A DNA stretch of 64,000 bases from contig NC_042999.1 in the NCBI RefSeq assembly GCF_006345805.1, forward strand, positions 5,580,001 through 5,644,000, given 5' to 3'. Source of the DNA: Octopus sinensis (Eukaryota). Below the pieces are notes generated by a model. The model searched no databases, was not told where the DNA came from, and worked only from the letters and a program-made list of their open reading frames with translations. How positions within the stretch are numbered: position 1 is the first letter of the stretch; each line of letters opens with the position of its first letter. A program made the translations under genes and the position numbers. Of this stretch, positions 38,690 to 53,400 are shown piece by piece.

Positions 38690-39260
38690 TTCTGCTGTTC
38701 CACCAGTATCGTGGGCACTCTCCGCTTGCACAAATCTTCCATTAAAATGGAATGCACCGATCCTGTGCTTATTCCTACTGTGTGAGCAATTTCCTACATT
38801 GTTATATGAAGGTCTTCCATGACTCTTTGGTGAACTTTCTTAATCAGCTCCTTGTTTTGGCTTGTGGATGGCCTGCCTGAGTGTCCCTTGCTCTTTACTA
38901 AGATGTGGCAATGTTTGAATTGGTTGTACCCCTCCTTGACCTCAGTTTTGCCCGTGGCATCATCACCAAAGGCCTACTGAATCTTTTGGGAGCTTTAAGC
39001 TTGAGGATCACCAAACTTTTTCAAAAATACGATGCAATATCTCTGCTTGATGTGTTCAGCAAAAATGAAAATCCGACAAGCATGTACTACACACCTGAAC
39101 CCTAGGCATAACAGCCGGGAACTGACACAACCCACCAGCACAAAGATTTTCATGTATGCACAAGAAGGGTGCCATCACCTCCAGCCAAAGGATTTTGCCC
39201 ATGTGGCAGTAGTTTTGGAGAAAAAAAATAAAGTCGGATACATTTTGAATGCACCTTGTA
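38690..39260 (-). mobile_element. Mariner 5' relic (HTH region)
   Basis: AFGDDATGKTEVKEGYNQFK...SGRPSTS...EIAHTVGISTGSVHSILMEDL; TA-CAAGGTG terminus at about 39260. Confidence 0.7.
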
Positions 39261-40402
39261 TGTCATGCTTAATTAGGAGGCACAATATTTTGATAAATTT
39301 TGTTGAAAATTTCTGGCCAACAGATCACATCAGTCCTTGGTATTTTCTCTAGGAAAAAGCTTTTTCATTCATATAATATAATAATAATGAAAGTATTATA
39401 TACAGTGCTCAGGTGCACCACGACTTATCAGAAAGTGCGTATAAAGCATATGCAGTAATGTACAAATGTCTGGAAAGCGAACAGTGTATGAGTCAGATAC
39501 ATGCTTGTGTGTGTATGGAGGGGAGAAAATCAGGTGTAGTGTTGGCGAATCTCAGGAAGCATGGAAGTTTTGAAGGATGCAGTGCTCCGACACCCAACAA
39601 CTGATGCCGGCAGTTTGTTCCATGCTTCAGCAACTCTTAGCGTGAAAAAATGTTTCTGAAAGTTATGGGAGCTATGCTGTTTTCTGACTTTGTAAACATG
39701 TCCATGGGTGGTAGACAGGTGGAGTTTGAAAAGGTGCTCAAAGTTATTGTTTATAAGTAGACAGGTGAAGTTTGAAAAGGTGGACAGGTGGAGTTTGAAA
39801 ATGTGCTCAGAGTTATTATTAGTAAGATGGTTAATAATTTTATGGGTGTCTGCCAAGTCAGTTGCCAGACGTCGGAGTTTCAATGTATCCATGCCCAGGG
39901 AAGTAAGGCGTCCAGAATATGGCAAATGCCTGATGGAGGGTATTCATCCCTTACTATGCAGGATTCCATGTGAAGGGGTTGAATATCTGGCTTTTCATAA
40001 ATTCTCATAAGATCGTGGCATCCTGAAATTCCCCATACATATATTTGACTTGCAATGTTTTATATCTTGATTACTGTGTGTCACTTTTATATCCTACATT
40101 ATCACAATGGGATATACAATACAATAAAACAAGGAAGACACAAAGTGTCCCCACTTGCTGTATTTCCAAGTACTCTGCCAACAAATGTAACAACTCCAAA
40201 ACTAACTCTCAACAATTTTCTGCAAGTCTGCAAACTCTCAAACAACACCTTTCGACTTTTCTGTGATTTTCTCATTCTCCACTCAGTCAAACACGCTGCT
40301 ACTTATATAAGTTCAGTTGGTCCGTCCTCACAGGGGGTGTCAATGACTCTCGCCATAACACAATGGCTACATACTTATATTCATATAATATATATGTATG
40401 TG

Positions 40403-40442
<40 letters not shown>

Positions 40443-40473
40443 CCAGTATTTCAGAAAGGTAGAGGAGGGGGAC

Positions 40474-40526
<53 letters not shown>

Positions 40527-40982
40527 TATGATAAATGATGAGAGAAAGATAGAACTAGATGAAAACAAAAAAATTTTTCTTTTAATAGAAATGAGCTGGA
40601 AATTATATATATATATATATATATATACATACATATATATATCATCATCATCATTTAACGTCTGTTGTCCATACTATATCTATAGTATATATATCGCCAG
40701 ATTGGCTCCCGTGCAGGTAGCACATAAAAAACACCTTTTGAGCATGGTCGTTGCCAGTACTGCCTGACTGGCCCTTGTGCTGGTGGCACATAAAAGCACC
40801 CACTACACTCTCAAAGTGGTTGGTGTTAGGAAGGGCATCCAGCTGTAGAAACTTTGCCAGATCAGATTGGAGCCTGGTGCAGCCTTCTGGCTCACCAACC
40901 CTCAGTCACACAGTCAACCCATGCCAGCATTGACAGCAGATGTTAAACGATGATGACGACAATGATGATGATGATGATGATA

Positions 40983-41854
40983 CAGGGTGCAGTGAATAAA
41001 CTGTTGTCCAAATTATGCAAAAATGAAAATAACACTGACATCTCATTTTAACAGATATATTTACCAAAATTACACAGAAATCTCTCGAAATACTAAAGAG
41101 TAAATTTATTCAATAAAACCGCCATTGGCTTCAACCATGGCCTCCAAACGACTTCAGAATCTCCTGCAACTCTTCTGGATGGTCTCCTTGTTTAAGTTGG
41201 TGAATGCTGCCATAATCCTTGCCTTCAGTTCATCTTTGGTGTTACATGGAGTTTTGTTGGTCTCTCGCTCAACTGAGCCTCACGCATAATAATCAAGGGG
41301 ATTACAGTCTGGGGAGTTAGGTGGATAGATGTTAGGGGTTATGTGATTTCAGAAATTGTCTGACAGCCATAACTGGGTTCTCCTACATGTCTGACATGGT
41401 GCAGAGCCCTGTTGCCAGACATAGGGTCTTGTAGCATTTACCTGCTTAGCCTAGGGCAGCACTACCTCCTCCAAGCACATGATATAGGCCTCTGTATTGA
41501 GTCTTAGGCCGTGTGGGAAGATGAATGGAGGCATAACGTTGTCATCAGTAGTGGTCACTCCAAACACTATGATTTGACTGGATGTTTGATTTTTATTACT
41601 CTTGGTACGTGTCCTCAGACTGACACCCAAACACTCTTAAATTTTTGTATTGGAGCTTCTGGCGTGAATGCCAAGCAGTACAGCATGTTGTTTCCAAATT
41701 TCTGTCAGAGTGAATCACCTCATGGTGCTGTTTTTCTCACAGACGGTGCCCAATTGACCCTACCATACTGTGTAGTCGACAAAACCAAAAACAAACAATG
41801 CACATGTGCAAAATTAAAAATATAAAATGGCTACAATTTACCCATCGCATCCTG
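40983..41854 (-). mobile_element. maT/DD37D-like Tc1-mariner deletion derivative
   Basis: TA-CAGGGTG and TA-CAGGATG termini; SPDCNPLDYY...ELKARIMAAF...RLEAMVEANGGFIE*. Confidence 0.7.
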
Positions 41855-42419
41855 TATGGATGTATATATAATGTGAAAGAATTGCGCCTCTCCCACTTCT
41901 CTCTCTGCAACCATGGAAAGCGGACGTTAAAACGATGATGATGATGATGATATATATGTATGTTGATGCAAACAGGAAAAATAGAACTCAAAATATGAAT
42001 ATATGTATATTTTTATTAATATTTAGTAGAAGTAACCTCAGGTACTCTTTTAGGACCCAAGAGAAGTGCAACATCACAGCATTAGCAAGCTATATAATGT
42101 GTTTAAAAGATGTTTGGATGCCATTGAAAAATTATCTGGAAGCTGCTAGAACAAACTGGGCCATAACTCAATGGAATCAGATGGTGTAAAAGTTGTCCAA
42201 CCCATTCCAGCCTGGACAACAGACGTTAAATGATGATGATGATATATATATATCTTCTATCCATTCATTGAAAGATAATTAAGCTATGACATATTTACAG
42301 CTATGTTAAATCACATTCATAAATTCAAAAATGCATGTTTTCAAGTTATTTTTTTATGTTTACACATGTTTTACAATTCACAATCATTTTAGTTCCTCTT
42401 TAATAATAATAATAAAAAC

Positions 42420-42890
42420 ATTGTGTACAGTGCTCAGGTGCACTACAACTCATCTAAAGTGTATGTATAATCAGGTGTAGTTTCGGCGGATTTCGGAAAG
42501 CATGAGGGCCTTAAAGGATGCAGTGTCATGGCAGTCAACAACAGACGCAGGCAGTTTGTTCCATGCTTCAGCAACTCTGAGCGTGAAAAAATGTTTCCAA
42601 AAGTCATGGGAGCTGTGTTGTTTTCTGACTTTGTAGGCATGTCCACGTGTGTTAGACACATGGAGATCAAAAAGGTGTTCAGTGTTGTTGTTGGTGAGGT
42701 GGTTGATAACTTTGTAGGTGTTTACCAAGTCCATCGCCAGACGCCGGAGCTTCAGTGAATCCATGCCCAGGGAAACAAGGCGCCCAGAGTATGGTAGGTG
42801 TCTGATGGAGGGTATGCGTTTGGTTGCACGTCTCTGAACAGATTCCAGGAGGTCAATGTTCTGAGCAAGATAGTTTTGTAGCTGAATATT
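42420..42890 (-). mobile_element. CR1-clade LINE 3' end
   Basis: SLKLRRLAMDLVNTYKVI...TRGHAYKVRK...FFTLRVAEAWNKLP. A second copy lies at about 39420-39970(-); other CR1-like pieces at about 34370-34620(-) and 16300-16580(+). Confidence 0.85.
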
Positions 42891-43783
42891 TTGGCCTCCT
42901 TCATTATTGAACTGAGAAACTGGTTGGTTTTTAACCTTTTAACCCGAAACAATATAATGTACTGTTAGTTGATTATAGAAAGTCATACTTTGGTTTAAGA
43001 CTTTGATTCTAAAAGTAATACTTACTTGATTGGAACTATGCATAAACTCATTAATTTAATTTTAAGATATTAAATGTTTTCCTAAATATTTACAACTTTT
43101 TTTATTGTAGATATTTGAAGTTTTGATTTTTTAACAAAGAAATCCCAAATATTGCAAAATAAAAACTAACTTTATAATCACTAACAAGAGTGGCTGTGTG
43201 GTAAGTAGCTTGCTTACCAACCACACGGTTCTGGGTTCAGTCCCACTGCGTGGCACCTTGGGCAAGTGTCTTCTACTATAGCCACGGGCCGACCAAAGCC
43301 CTGTGAGTGGATTTGGTAGACGGAAACTGAAAGAAGCCCATCGTATATATATATATGTATGTATGTGTGTGTGTGTTTGTGTCTGTTTGTCCCCCCAACA
43401 ATGCTTGACAACCGATGCTGGTGTGTTTATGTCCCCGTTACTTAGCGGTTTGGCAAAAAGAGAGCGATAGAATAAGTACTAGGCTTACAAAGAATAAGTC
43501 CTGGGGTCGATTTGCTCGACTAAAAGGCGGTGCTCCAGCATGGCCACAGTCAAATGACTGAAACAAGTAAAAAAGGGAAACCAAGGTTAGTGGCAAAGAG
43601 AGTTTAACCCTTTAGCATTTAAACTGGCCATATCTGGCCCATATATTCTACCTGTTCAAACTGGCCTGTCACACCTACCCTATGTTGTAATTCTAAGAAT
43701 AAGCACCCACACCATTGAAATCCCCAAACTATGAGATAATGCATGATTAATTCAAAATAATGTGAATACATAATTTGGTAAAT

Positions 43784-44177
43784 GGATCTTTTCGGTTTGA
43801 ACGGCAGTTTTTTCTAGCGGTGTCATATGAAATTGTCACCCATAATTATGACCCTAGTATCGATCTATTGCATTTCAATCTGTTTTAGAGTTAGGGTTAG
43901 GGGTGGGGGGAAGGGTATCTTTTTTTTCTTAAACGAGGGACATATTCATACGGCACAGAATGTTTTCACCTCAATAGACGTCATTGATTGGTTGAGATTG
44001 CAGTAATTGAAGAAAAAAAACCCCACAAATATCTTACAAACTATAGAATTTTCTCAATAAAGCCAAGAGAAAAAAGATGTTTTATAAACACATTCTACCA
44101 GTATACGAAGTTTAAAAGTGTTTAGTTAACTAGAAATTACTTTTTAAAAAGCAATGCCTTTCAAACCGAAAAGATCC
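43784..44177. mobile_element. MITE with 18-bp terminal inverted repeats, about 100 bp upstream of the CAND1 promoter
   Basis: GGATCTTTTCGGTTTGAA / TTCAAACCGAAAAGATCC. Confidence 0.8.
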
Positions 44178-44279
44178 CGTTAAATTAATCCAAACACTAA
44201 AAGGTTTTTTAGGCTGTTGTAGCAGAAGTGTTTGGCAATGAGAGAGTTAAGGTTGTTGGTTGTGGGGAAAACCTCAAAG

Positions 44280-44380
44280 AGGGCGTACACATGCAACCGG
44301 AAGCCGGCGAACACGCATGCGCTCAACAGCATACCTGCATCCCAGTCGCAAGCGGGATTCTGAGCGAAAAAATTATAAAT
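44280..44380 (+). promoter_or_regulatory. CAND1 proximal promoter with ETS and NRF1-like motifs
   Basis: ACCGGAAG at 44296-44303 and CGCATGCGC at 44314-44322, in a CpG-rich patch about 250 bp upstream of the ATG. Confidence 0.6.
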
Positions 44381-44560
44381 TTCTTAATGCTTTGTTCCGT
44401 CTCACATCTTTTGATGCTTCCTTAAAAAAAAAAAAACAACATCAAACAGCAACAACAAAAGACTCTTGTGACTATAAATTGAAAGCTTGTTTGGCCCCAA
44501 ATCGCAAAAGAACAAGAAAACGTCTCAACAAAGCACCTACCTCCCTCCAAATCAGTGAAA

Positions 44561-44602
44561 ATGACCGGCGTATCCTACCACATCGCCAATCTGCTGGAGA
44601 AG
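44561..44602 (+). CDS. CAND1: Cullin-associated NEDD8-dissociated protein 1, coding exon 1 (MTGVSYHIANLLEK)
   Basis: gaaaATG start and AAG|gtgagc donor. Resembles CAND1 MASASYHISNLLEK. Confidence 0.95.
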
Positions 44603-44679
44603 GTGAGCCACCCCCGGCGTTCTACCATAAACACAACACACACATATATATATATATATATATTTATAGCAGTTTTATT

Positions 44680-46893
44680 ATATACTCGACCCATACACTA
44701 ACTAATATGTAATCTATACACATATACCTGTCTTCTTTCCAGGTTGCTTTCACCCTTTATATCTATCCCGTCCTGTCCTATCTTCTCAACTCTTTTACGT
44801 CCATTGTTTTCTCTCTCTTCCACACTTTTTGATGATGTCAATTAGGTTCTTTCTCTCATTTAAAACTCTTGTCGCCAAATTAAGAACTAAAACCTTTAAA
44901 TACAATGCAAACGGTTGGTTTTATGACCATTTCTGTTAGTGTTTATTAATCAAACCCGCAAACATCGATGGCAAATCTTACCCGATCGTGATACCTTTGT
45001 ACAAATATAAACATAAAACTACTGTATGTGTGTGTAATTAATATATTATATTATATTACTATTACTCGACCCATACACTAACTAATATGTAATCTATATA
45101 CATATACCTGTCTTCTTTCCAGGTTGCTTTCAGCCTTTAATATCTCCCGTCCTGTTCTGTCTTCTCCACTCTTTTACGTCCATTGTTTTCTCTTTCCACA
45201 CTTTTTGATGATGTCAATCAGGCTTTTTTTCTCATTTAAGACTCTTGTCGCTAACTAAAGAACCTTAAAATACAACCCACACGGTTGTTTTTATGACCAT
45301 TCGTTTTTGTTAGTGTTTATTAATCAAACCCGCAAACATCGATGGCAAATCGTCTTCATGTGAAGTCAACCCGATCGACAGATATCTTTGAAGAAATATA
45401 AACACAAAACTACTATGTGTGTTTGTGTAATTAATATATTAGTTCAGTTTTATTACTCGACCCATACACTCTAATATCATCAAATCTATATACATATACC
45501 TGTCTTCATTCTATTTACTTTCAGCCTTTAATATCTCCCGTCCTGTTCTGTCTTCTCCACTCTTTTACGTCCATTGTTTTCTCTTTTCCACACTTTTTGA
45601 TGATGTCAATTAGGTTCTTTCTCTCATTTCAAAACTCTTGTCGCTAACTAAAGAACCTTCAAATGCAATCCACACGGTTGTTTTTATGACAAGTCATTTC
45701 TCTTAGTGTTTATTAAACCCGCAAACTCCAAACCTCGATGGCAAATCGTCTTCATTTGAAGTCAACCCGATCGAGATATAGCTTTGAAGAAATATAAACA
45801 CAAAACTACTATGTCTGTGTTTGTGTAATTAATATTATTAATATATTTATATCAGTTTTATATACTCGACCCATACACTAATATCATCTAATCCATATAC
45901 CTATACCAGTGTTAATTCCAAGTTACTTTCACCCTTTATATCTATCCTGTCCTGTCCTGTTCTGTCTCCACTCTTTTACGTCCATTGTTATTCTCTTTCC
46001 ACACTTTTTGATGATGTCAATTAGCTTTTTTTTTCTCATTTGAAACTCTTGTCACCAAATTAAGAACTAAAACCTTTAAATACAATGCACACGGTTGGTT
46101 TTATGACCATTTCTCTTAGTGTTTATTAATCAAACCCGCAAACATCGATGGCAAATCGTCTTCATGTGAAGTCAACCCGATCGACAGATATCTTTGTAGA
46201 AATATAAACACAAAACTACTGTGTGTGTGTGTGTGTGTAATTAATATTATTGATATATTATATTAGTATTACTTGACCCATACACTAATATCATCTAATC
46301 CATATACATATACCAATGTTAATTCCAGGTTGCTTTCAGCCTTTAATATCTCCCGTCCTGTTCTGTCTTCTCCACTCTTTTACGTCCATTGTTTTCTCTC
46401 TTCCACACTTTTTGATGATGTCAATCAGGTTTTTTTTCTCATTTAAAACTCTTGTCGCTAACTAAAGAACCTTAAAATACAATCCACAGTGTTTTTCATG
46501 ACCATTCATTTTGTTGAGTGTTTATTAATCAAACCCGCAAACACCGAATATCGATGGCAAAATCTTCATGTGAAGTCAACCCGATCGAGATATAAAAATA
46601 AAAACTACTGTGTATATGTGAATGTGTGTGTGTGTAACGGGGTGAATTAATCGGAATTTAAAGGTAAAAAAACTACCAAAACTAACGAAATAATCTATTT
46701 ATTTCACCTTAACTTCGATATAGATGGCAAATCTTCCTCATGTGAAGTCAACCGATCGAAATATCTTTGTAGAAATATAAAAATAAAACTACTGTGTGTG
46801 TGTGTATGTAACGGGGTGAATTAATCGGAATTTAAAGGTAAAAAAACACAAAAACTAGCGAAATAATCAATTTATTTCACCTTAACTTCGATA
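44680..46893. repeat. Tandem array, 5 units of 380-410 bp plus a terminal duplication of about 175 bp
   Basis: TACTYGACCCATACACT at 44683, 45063, 45454, 45863 and 46270; GTAACGGGGTGAATTAATCGG occurs twice at the end. Confidence 0.92.
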
Positions 46894-48539
46894 TAAATCT
46901 TAAAAAGACAATAAGAAAATTCTAAGAACAGTGAAACGTTGTTGTTTTAGAAATAATTCCAATCTAAATTAACTTTTGTCAACATTTTTCTCTTAATTGT
47001 GAAGAATCTGTTATTTTCGTATAAATTTTTACAACAAACTTTGCCCTGACTGTTTATAGAATAATATATTTATTTATCTACGAATATCAAATTTCCAAAA
47101 TGAATTGTTTAAATTTCTGTTTTTTTTTCTTTTCCTCAATAATGTGTCGATCACAAGATATTTGCCAACTCCCCCCCCCCTCCTGTAATTACTATTTTTT
47201 TCTCTACAGAAATTTATAGAATCTTATTATAAGCGATGTCGTCCGCGACTGTCTTGCAAATCATCATCATCATCATCATCATAGTTATAGTAGTTGTTTA
47301 ACGACTGTTATTTAATTTTGCAATGGTATTAGAAGATCGTTGGGGTTTTTTTTTAAATTTTTGATATCATTGGGCAAAATAAGTAAAATTATAAATAAAC
47401 TAATCGTGATTTTTGACAGGTTCCTCAACCAACGTACACACATACATACCATACCATACATTCGTACACACACCTACACATGCATTAATTGTATGTGTGT
47501 ATTTATATATATATTTATATATAATTACTGCAATAATTTAAAATATTCCCAAAGTCGTCCTAAGAAGCGTTCTGGGCGATCACAGCACATGGTTTCACCC
47601 TCTTTCTTTCTCTCATACACACACACATTACTTACTAACATTGAGCTGTCGAGAAAGCCACTACGTGGTCTCTCACCTAGTTAGAGATTGCAGCTAAATA
47701 TCCCTCAAATCAAACACTAATGTCTTAAAAAAAAATAATGGACAAATTCGACTTCGACTGTGTAATACCTCATATACAAATAAGCCAGGATGGTCATAGC
47801 TGAAGTGGTTTTGGTCAAAGGTTTGCTCGACCAGGACTGACATGGGGCGATACACAACAGCCAGTTAACATTGCAATGATATAATTATGCAGTTTTCCAT
47901 AGCTACTTATTTCTACTTTATTTCTAGAAAGAGAACATAAACTATCGTGGTATATGATTTATTTCATCTAATGGCCGAATGTCGAATTTGATTCTGAGTT
48001 CTTTATAAGAATGTCGCTACCTCAGTTTGAACTAACAATCACTTTAACACCAACTGTATCGTTTTTCGGTTATGCACTTCCTATAAACAACTGAACTATC
48101 TCAAGGGTACAAAATATATATTTAAAGAACTCTGATAGCTTTGTAGGAAGAGTGGATTATAATTATTGTAAGGCGGTGAATGGGAGAATCGTTCGTCGTG
48201 TCGTATTTAGTTACGTCCCTTTACGTTTTGGGTTCGAATCGTACCAAGGCCAGTTTTGGCCTTCTTATCTCTCCCCACGGCACTTCTACGCTGGGAGGAA
48301 ATCAGTCGACGGGACCCCCGCTGCAGCCTTGTGCCAATGTCATTTGATCGACAAAATGCCTTGTGGTATTTACTTTGACTACATTTTCAATCCAAATTTC
48401 GCCGAGGCCGACCTTTGCCTTTTATCCTTTCGGGGTCGATGAAATAAATACCAGCTGAGTACAGCTGCTCCCCCAAAATTTCAGGTCTTGTGCCTATAGC
48501 AGAAAGGATTATTATTATTATTTGTTAAAAAACTCCCCG

Positions 48540-50376
48540 CTTATTTTGCTGGGTATGCTGGAAAGTGTCAGCTGTCCACAGCCAGCAGACTAAGGTGACA
48601 CTTGATTACTGGTCATGCTTCAAGAATTCTTGCAGTTCCAAGCAATACTGATTTTTGTAGGTGTTCTACCTTCACACTTGCTCTGATCTTTTTCAGCCAT
48701 GCTGGTAGTTTAGTACCTTGTTGTAGTTATTATTATTATTATTATTATTATTATTTAGCAAGTCTTATTTTTATCACTTTCTCTGCACTTCCGAGCTTAG
48801 CGCTGTTTGCCATGGCTATCTGCTGTAATTTGTTTTGGTGCTGTGTGCCTAACAGTGCTATTTTCTGTAGGCTATATATATTCGCAAGTCCTGGTGTTTG
48901 GGTCATGTGTTTATTTTTTTTAGTCATCAACATCATTGTTTGACCGTGGTCGAGACAATGGAATTTACCATGCTACGCCAGACTTCACGGTCCATCATGG
49001 CATTACGGAGGTCCTGTTGCTGGATGCCTGTATCCCTGGAGCTTACATCAGGGTAGGAGAGTGTGCGCCCTCTGGTATTGCGAGTAGATGGCTTCCAGAG
49101 GAGAAGAGTAAAAATTACCTCTTTTTCAGCTCTACAACAATGTCCAGCAAACTGGACTCTCTTACCTTTCACAAGAGGTACCTTACCTTTCACATTAGTC
49201 ATACCTAATGCACCTATTACACGGTGTAAGACGATTTTTGTCCTTGGGTAACAACTGTTATTTACTATTTGCTGACCCCTAGAAAGTACAGGAAATGGCT
49301 AATATTTCCTTCAAACTTTACATTTGTTATATTTATTCAAACCCCAAAGAATCTCTTTCAACACATTGTTATGATGCTCCCCCACTACTCTTGCTCATGA
49401 CCAGAGATGCACATATTGTCATCCGCTAAGGGACATGCTCAAGTGGTTACGGTCAAGCAAATCTGTAGTCTTGAGCAGAAGTATAACAATACTTCTGCTT
49501 CAGCAACTCAGCGCTGACTCAGTTTGAAATGTAATGGAAAAGAGACTAGTCTCAAAACCTTGGTGCCCAGGTCACAAAAGCAAAGTTTGAAGGGAGTAGT
49601 TGTCATTTCCCCTTTGAATCCTAGATAAGAAGCAAATAGGAAATAACACTTACTGACCCCAAAACGAAAAGGAAAAAAACATGTTGTTATGGAGATTGTA
49701 TCTGTTTTTTTAGGCTCCCCATTCATGTTATCTCTCTTTCCAGATCTTTGTATTTCAAGAGTTTCTCCGTTTCTTTTAGAGATGCATTGTCATCTGTTAA
49801 AAGGCTTTTTTTTTCTTGATAATCTTCAACAACTATATCTGGTCTATTAGCCTTCATTTCTCTGTGTGTACTAGCATTATCCCAGAGTATGGTTGCTTTG
49901 TGATTTTCTGAAACCTATTCTCAGATATGCCTATACTATCTTTTTTCTGTTGTTATTCCATAGTGCTGGTATAGCTTCCAGTGTTTATAGATCCCAGTGC
50001 TGTTATGTCTGCGGATATATTCCTTCTCATCCAGGACTGGGCAGCCAGAGACAATATGATTTATTGTTTCTTCCCCAATCACCACATATTCTGCAGTTTT
50101 GTTATTGTATTTTCCTTCATTATGTGTTTCTGGTGGGGGAGACTGTAATCTTGTGCTGCAATTAAAAATCTTCCAGTCTCTGCTTTGAATCTTGAACTTC
50201 TCAACAATTGTTGGAATTTTACTTTGTCAAACAACTGACAAGCAAATCTGTGGTATTGAGCAGAATATTTGCTGTAGGCCATCTTTTACACCAAGACAAA
50301 ACAATGTACATGTTAACCATTCCAATCAGTTAAGATCAGAAGCCACAAGAGCCACTGCCTGGTATTGCATCAAGGC

Positions 50377-50424
<48 letters not shown>

Positions 50425-53400
50425 GCTCAACTGGTTACGGTCAAACAACTGACAAGCAAATCTGTGGTATTGAGCAGAATATTTGCAGTAGCCCATCTTT
50501 TACACCAAGACAAAACAATGTACATGTTAACCATTCCAATCAGTTAAGATCAGAAGCCATGAGAGCCATTGCCTAGTATTGCGTTGGGGCATTATTATTA
50601 TCATTTCCTGGTTGATTTGCATTTTATTTCATCTTTCAGCTGGATCTCAACCAGAGATCTAAGGTATGTATATATTAGATGGAAACTTACTGAGAATTTG
50701 GGCAGTTGATGTCAACACAATTTTTTGAGTTTCGTAGATTATTTGTTTCTTAGGGATCTTATCAAAAAAATTTGTCACTACTTTTATTGATCAGTTTCAA
50801 GGCACCTACAACAGCAGAGGTAGTTTTGGTTTTTAATTGTAATGTCCAAGATATCTCAATCTCAAGGTCTTTATATTTTGACAGTTTTTAAAATTCCTTT
50901 GCTGAGTCTATCAATAGGCACTGTCATTTCAATTAGCAGACATGTTTTTTGTCTTAGGTCTTTGACAACAATGTCTGGTCTGTTAGCATTTATTTGCCTG
51001 TCTGTATGTATCCCATAAACCCATAGGATGGTAGCATTCTTTCCCTCAGTGGCTGGCTCTGGGTGGTGTTGATATCAGTTCTTAAGGTGCGGGATATCAT
51101 AGTGACAACATATGCTCCAGGGCAAGTATTGGCCGACTCGGATCATACCTTATATTCTGTAGGAACAAGAACTGAGCAACTGCAACAATGTGATCAATAC
51201 TCTCAAGTTCATCATTACAGTGTTTACACCTTGTGTCCGCCTCATTGTGTGTGATGTTAGCTTGATAGTTCTGGACGAGGAGACTCTGATCTTGTGCTGC
51301 TTGGATAAATCCTTTTGCTTCAGCTTTCAAACCAACGCCCTGCACCCACTGATGGGTTCTTCTTTTATCTACATCAGCTTCCCCAGCTCGTTTGGGGTAT
51401 TGTCCATGCAATAAGGCAGCGAGCTGGCAGAAACGTTAGAACGCCGGGCGAAATGCGTAGCCGTATTTCATCTGCCGTAACATTCTGAGTTCAAATTCTG
51501 CCGGGGTCGACTTTGCCTTTCATCCTTTCGGGGTCGATAAATTAAGTATCAGTTACACACTGGGGTCGATATAATTGACTTAATCCGTTTGTCTGTCCTT
51601 GTTTAGCCCCTTGTGGGTAGTAAAGAAATAGGTATTGTGCATGCAATGCTTTTTCTTGCCACAGTCTTGATATTACCTTCAAGCTTTCTTGTTTGGCTTT
51701 TGTTTACACTTTTTTTGCTGCCTTAGTGGCTGGTGTGCCCCCCTTATTATCATAATCAGGGAGGTTAAGCTCTCCTCTGTATTTATACACCTCCTTTGAG
51801 ATTGAGTGCAGTTTCTTACTCAGTTCGTGTTGATTTATCAAAGTTTGTCATCCGGTTGGTGTTACCTTCGATGTACACTCGAAGTCTTATCGTGGTTGAT
51901 TAAAAGGTCAAGCTGGATTAGGCCTCTGCAGCCTTCCTTTCTTGGAAGATAAAGCCTATGGATGTTTGATTTCGGGTGGTGCATCCTGTTTAGTGTCAGC
52001 AGTTTCCTGCTCCATATGCTGGAGTTCACTCAGGTTCCAGTTGATGACATTAAGGCTATACTGGACACCAGGTACCGCCAGGGAGTTTATAGCTACAGTT
52101 CTTTTCTGGGGACTCAGCTCAATATTCAGGACCATTCTGACATGTCTATAATACTTTTTCCTGATCTTTCATTGATCTCTGTTCAATCCTTTTCCTTTCA
52201 TGCACCCCAAGATACTTATGGAAGTCTTCTTGATCTTCTTGTCTTGAGACAGCATTCACCCGGGGTGGGTTGAGCTGGCTTCATTCATCCTCAATGCTGC
52301 ATGTCTCACAAACGCTGACCAGACCTGGCAATTTGAGGCTAACGACCACATGATCTCCAACCACTCCTTATTCCAGTGGTGAACGCCATAGATATGGGGG
52401 CCTAGGTTGGGTTCCAGATCAGCCTTGACTGTCATCAGCCAGATTTTTTCTTCTTGATCCAAGTCCTTGATGTATCATGATCAAGTTAGGTTGTGGTATT
52501 GGTTGTTAGTTTACTACGTCTAAAGGAAGCTTTTGCACACTTGTCAAGGCTAAATTCCATATTTATGCCATCGCTGAATATCTTCACAGCCTCTAGTAGC
52601 CCTTTTAGATCCTTGCCATTTTTTGCATATAATTTCAGATCATCCATGTTGAGCAAATGTGAGATGATCTTGTCAAACATTTTGTAACCATGATTTGTTC
52701 TATTCAGCTTATGGGACAAGGGAAAGTGAGGAAGAGTGAATTGCCCTGGAATATTCCATGATCCATTTTCATGTTCTCTGGCACACATGAGCCTTTCTAG
52801 TGGTTGAGATCAATTTTGTGTTCCACAGTCCCATACTGTATTGTAGAAAACATTTTGAGAAAGGAGAGATCTTGTATATTTTTTGTACCTTTAAGATCCA
52901 GCTATGTGGGACACTGTCAAATGCCTTACTATAATCAATTATTATTATTATTTATGGTGTGCACAAATGTTTTTCAGAATCAATGTTCTTGATGCCAGAT
53001 CACTACTAGTTTCCTTAGATATCGAGGACCCTTTTTTTAACAATCCTTGCTGTTCCCAGTAGAGCAGATTTCTGAATTAATGCAACTCTCATAGTTACAC
53101 TAATCTCAATAAGGGAACTGTTATTATTATTAATGTTATTATTATTATTATTTGATGAAAACTCATTGCTTATTTTGCTGAGTATGATGGAAAGTGTCAG
53201 CTGTCCACAGCCAACAGACTAAGGTGACACTTTTCTACTCTAGGCACAAGGCCTGAAATTTCTGGGGAGGGGCCAGTCAATTAGAGCAACCCCAAAAGGA
53301 TGAAAGGGAAAAATTGACCTTAGTGAAATTTGAACTCAGAATGTAAAGACAGGCAAAATACCACTAAGCATTTTGCCTGATGTGCTAACGTTTCTGCCAG

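Noticed and set aside
44260-44712. 150-aa ORF over the CAND1 promoter
   Set aside because: It overlaps the promoter, 5' UTR and exon 1 in a different frame and reads through the splice donor into a microsatellite.
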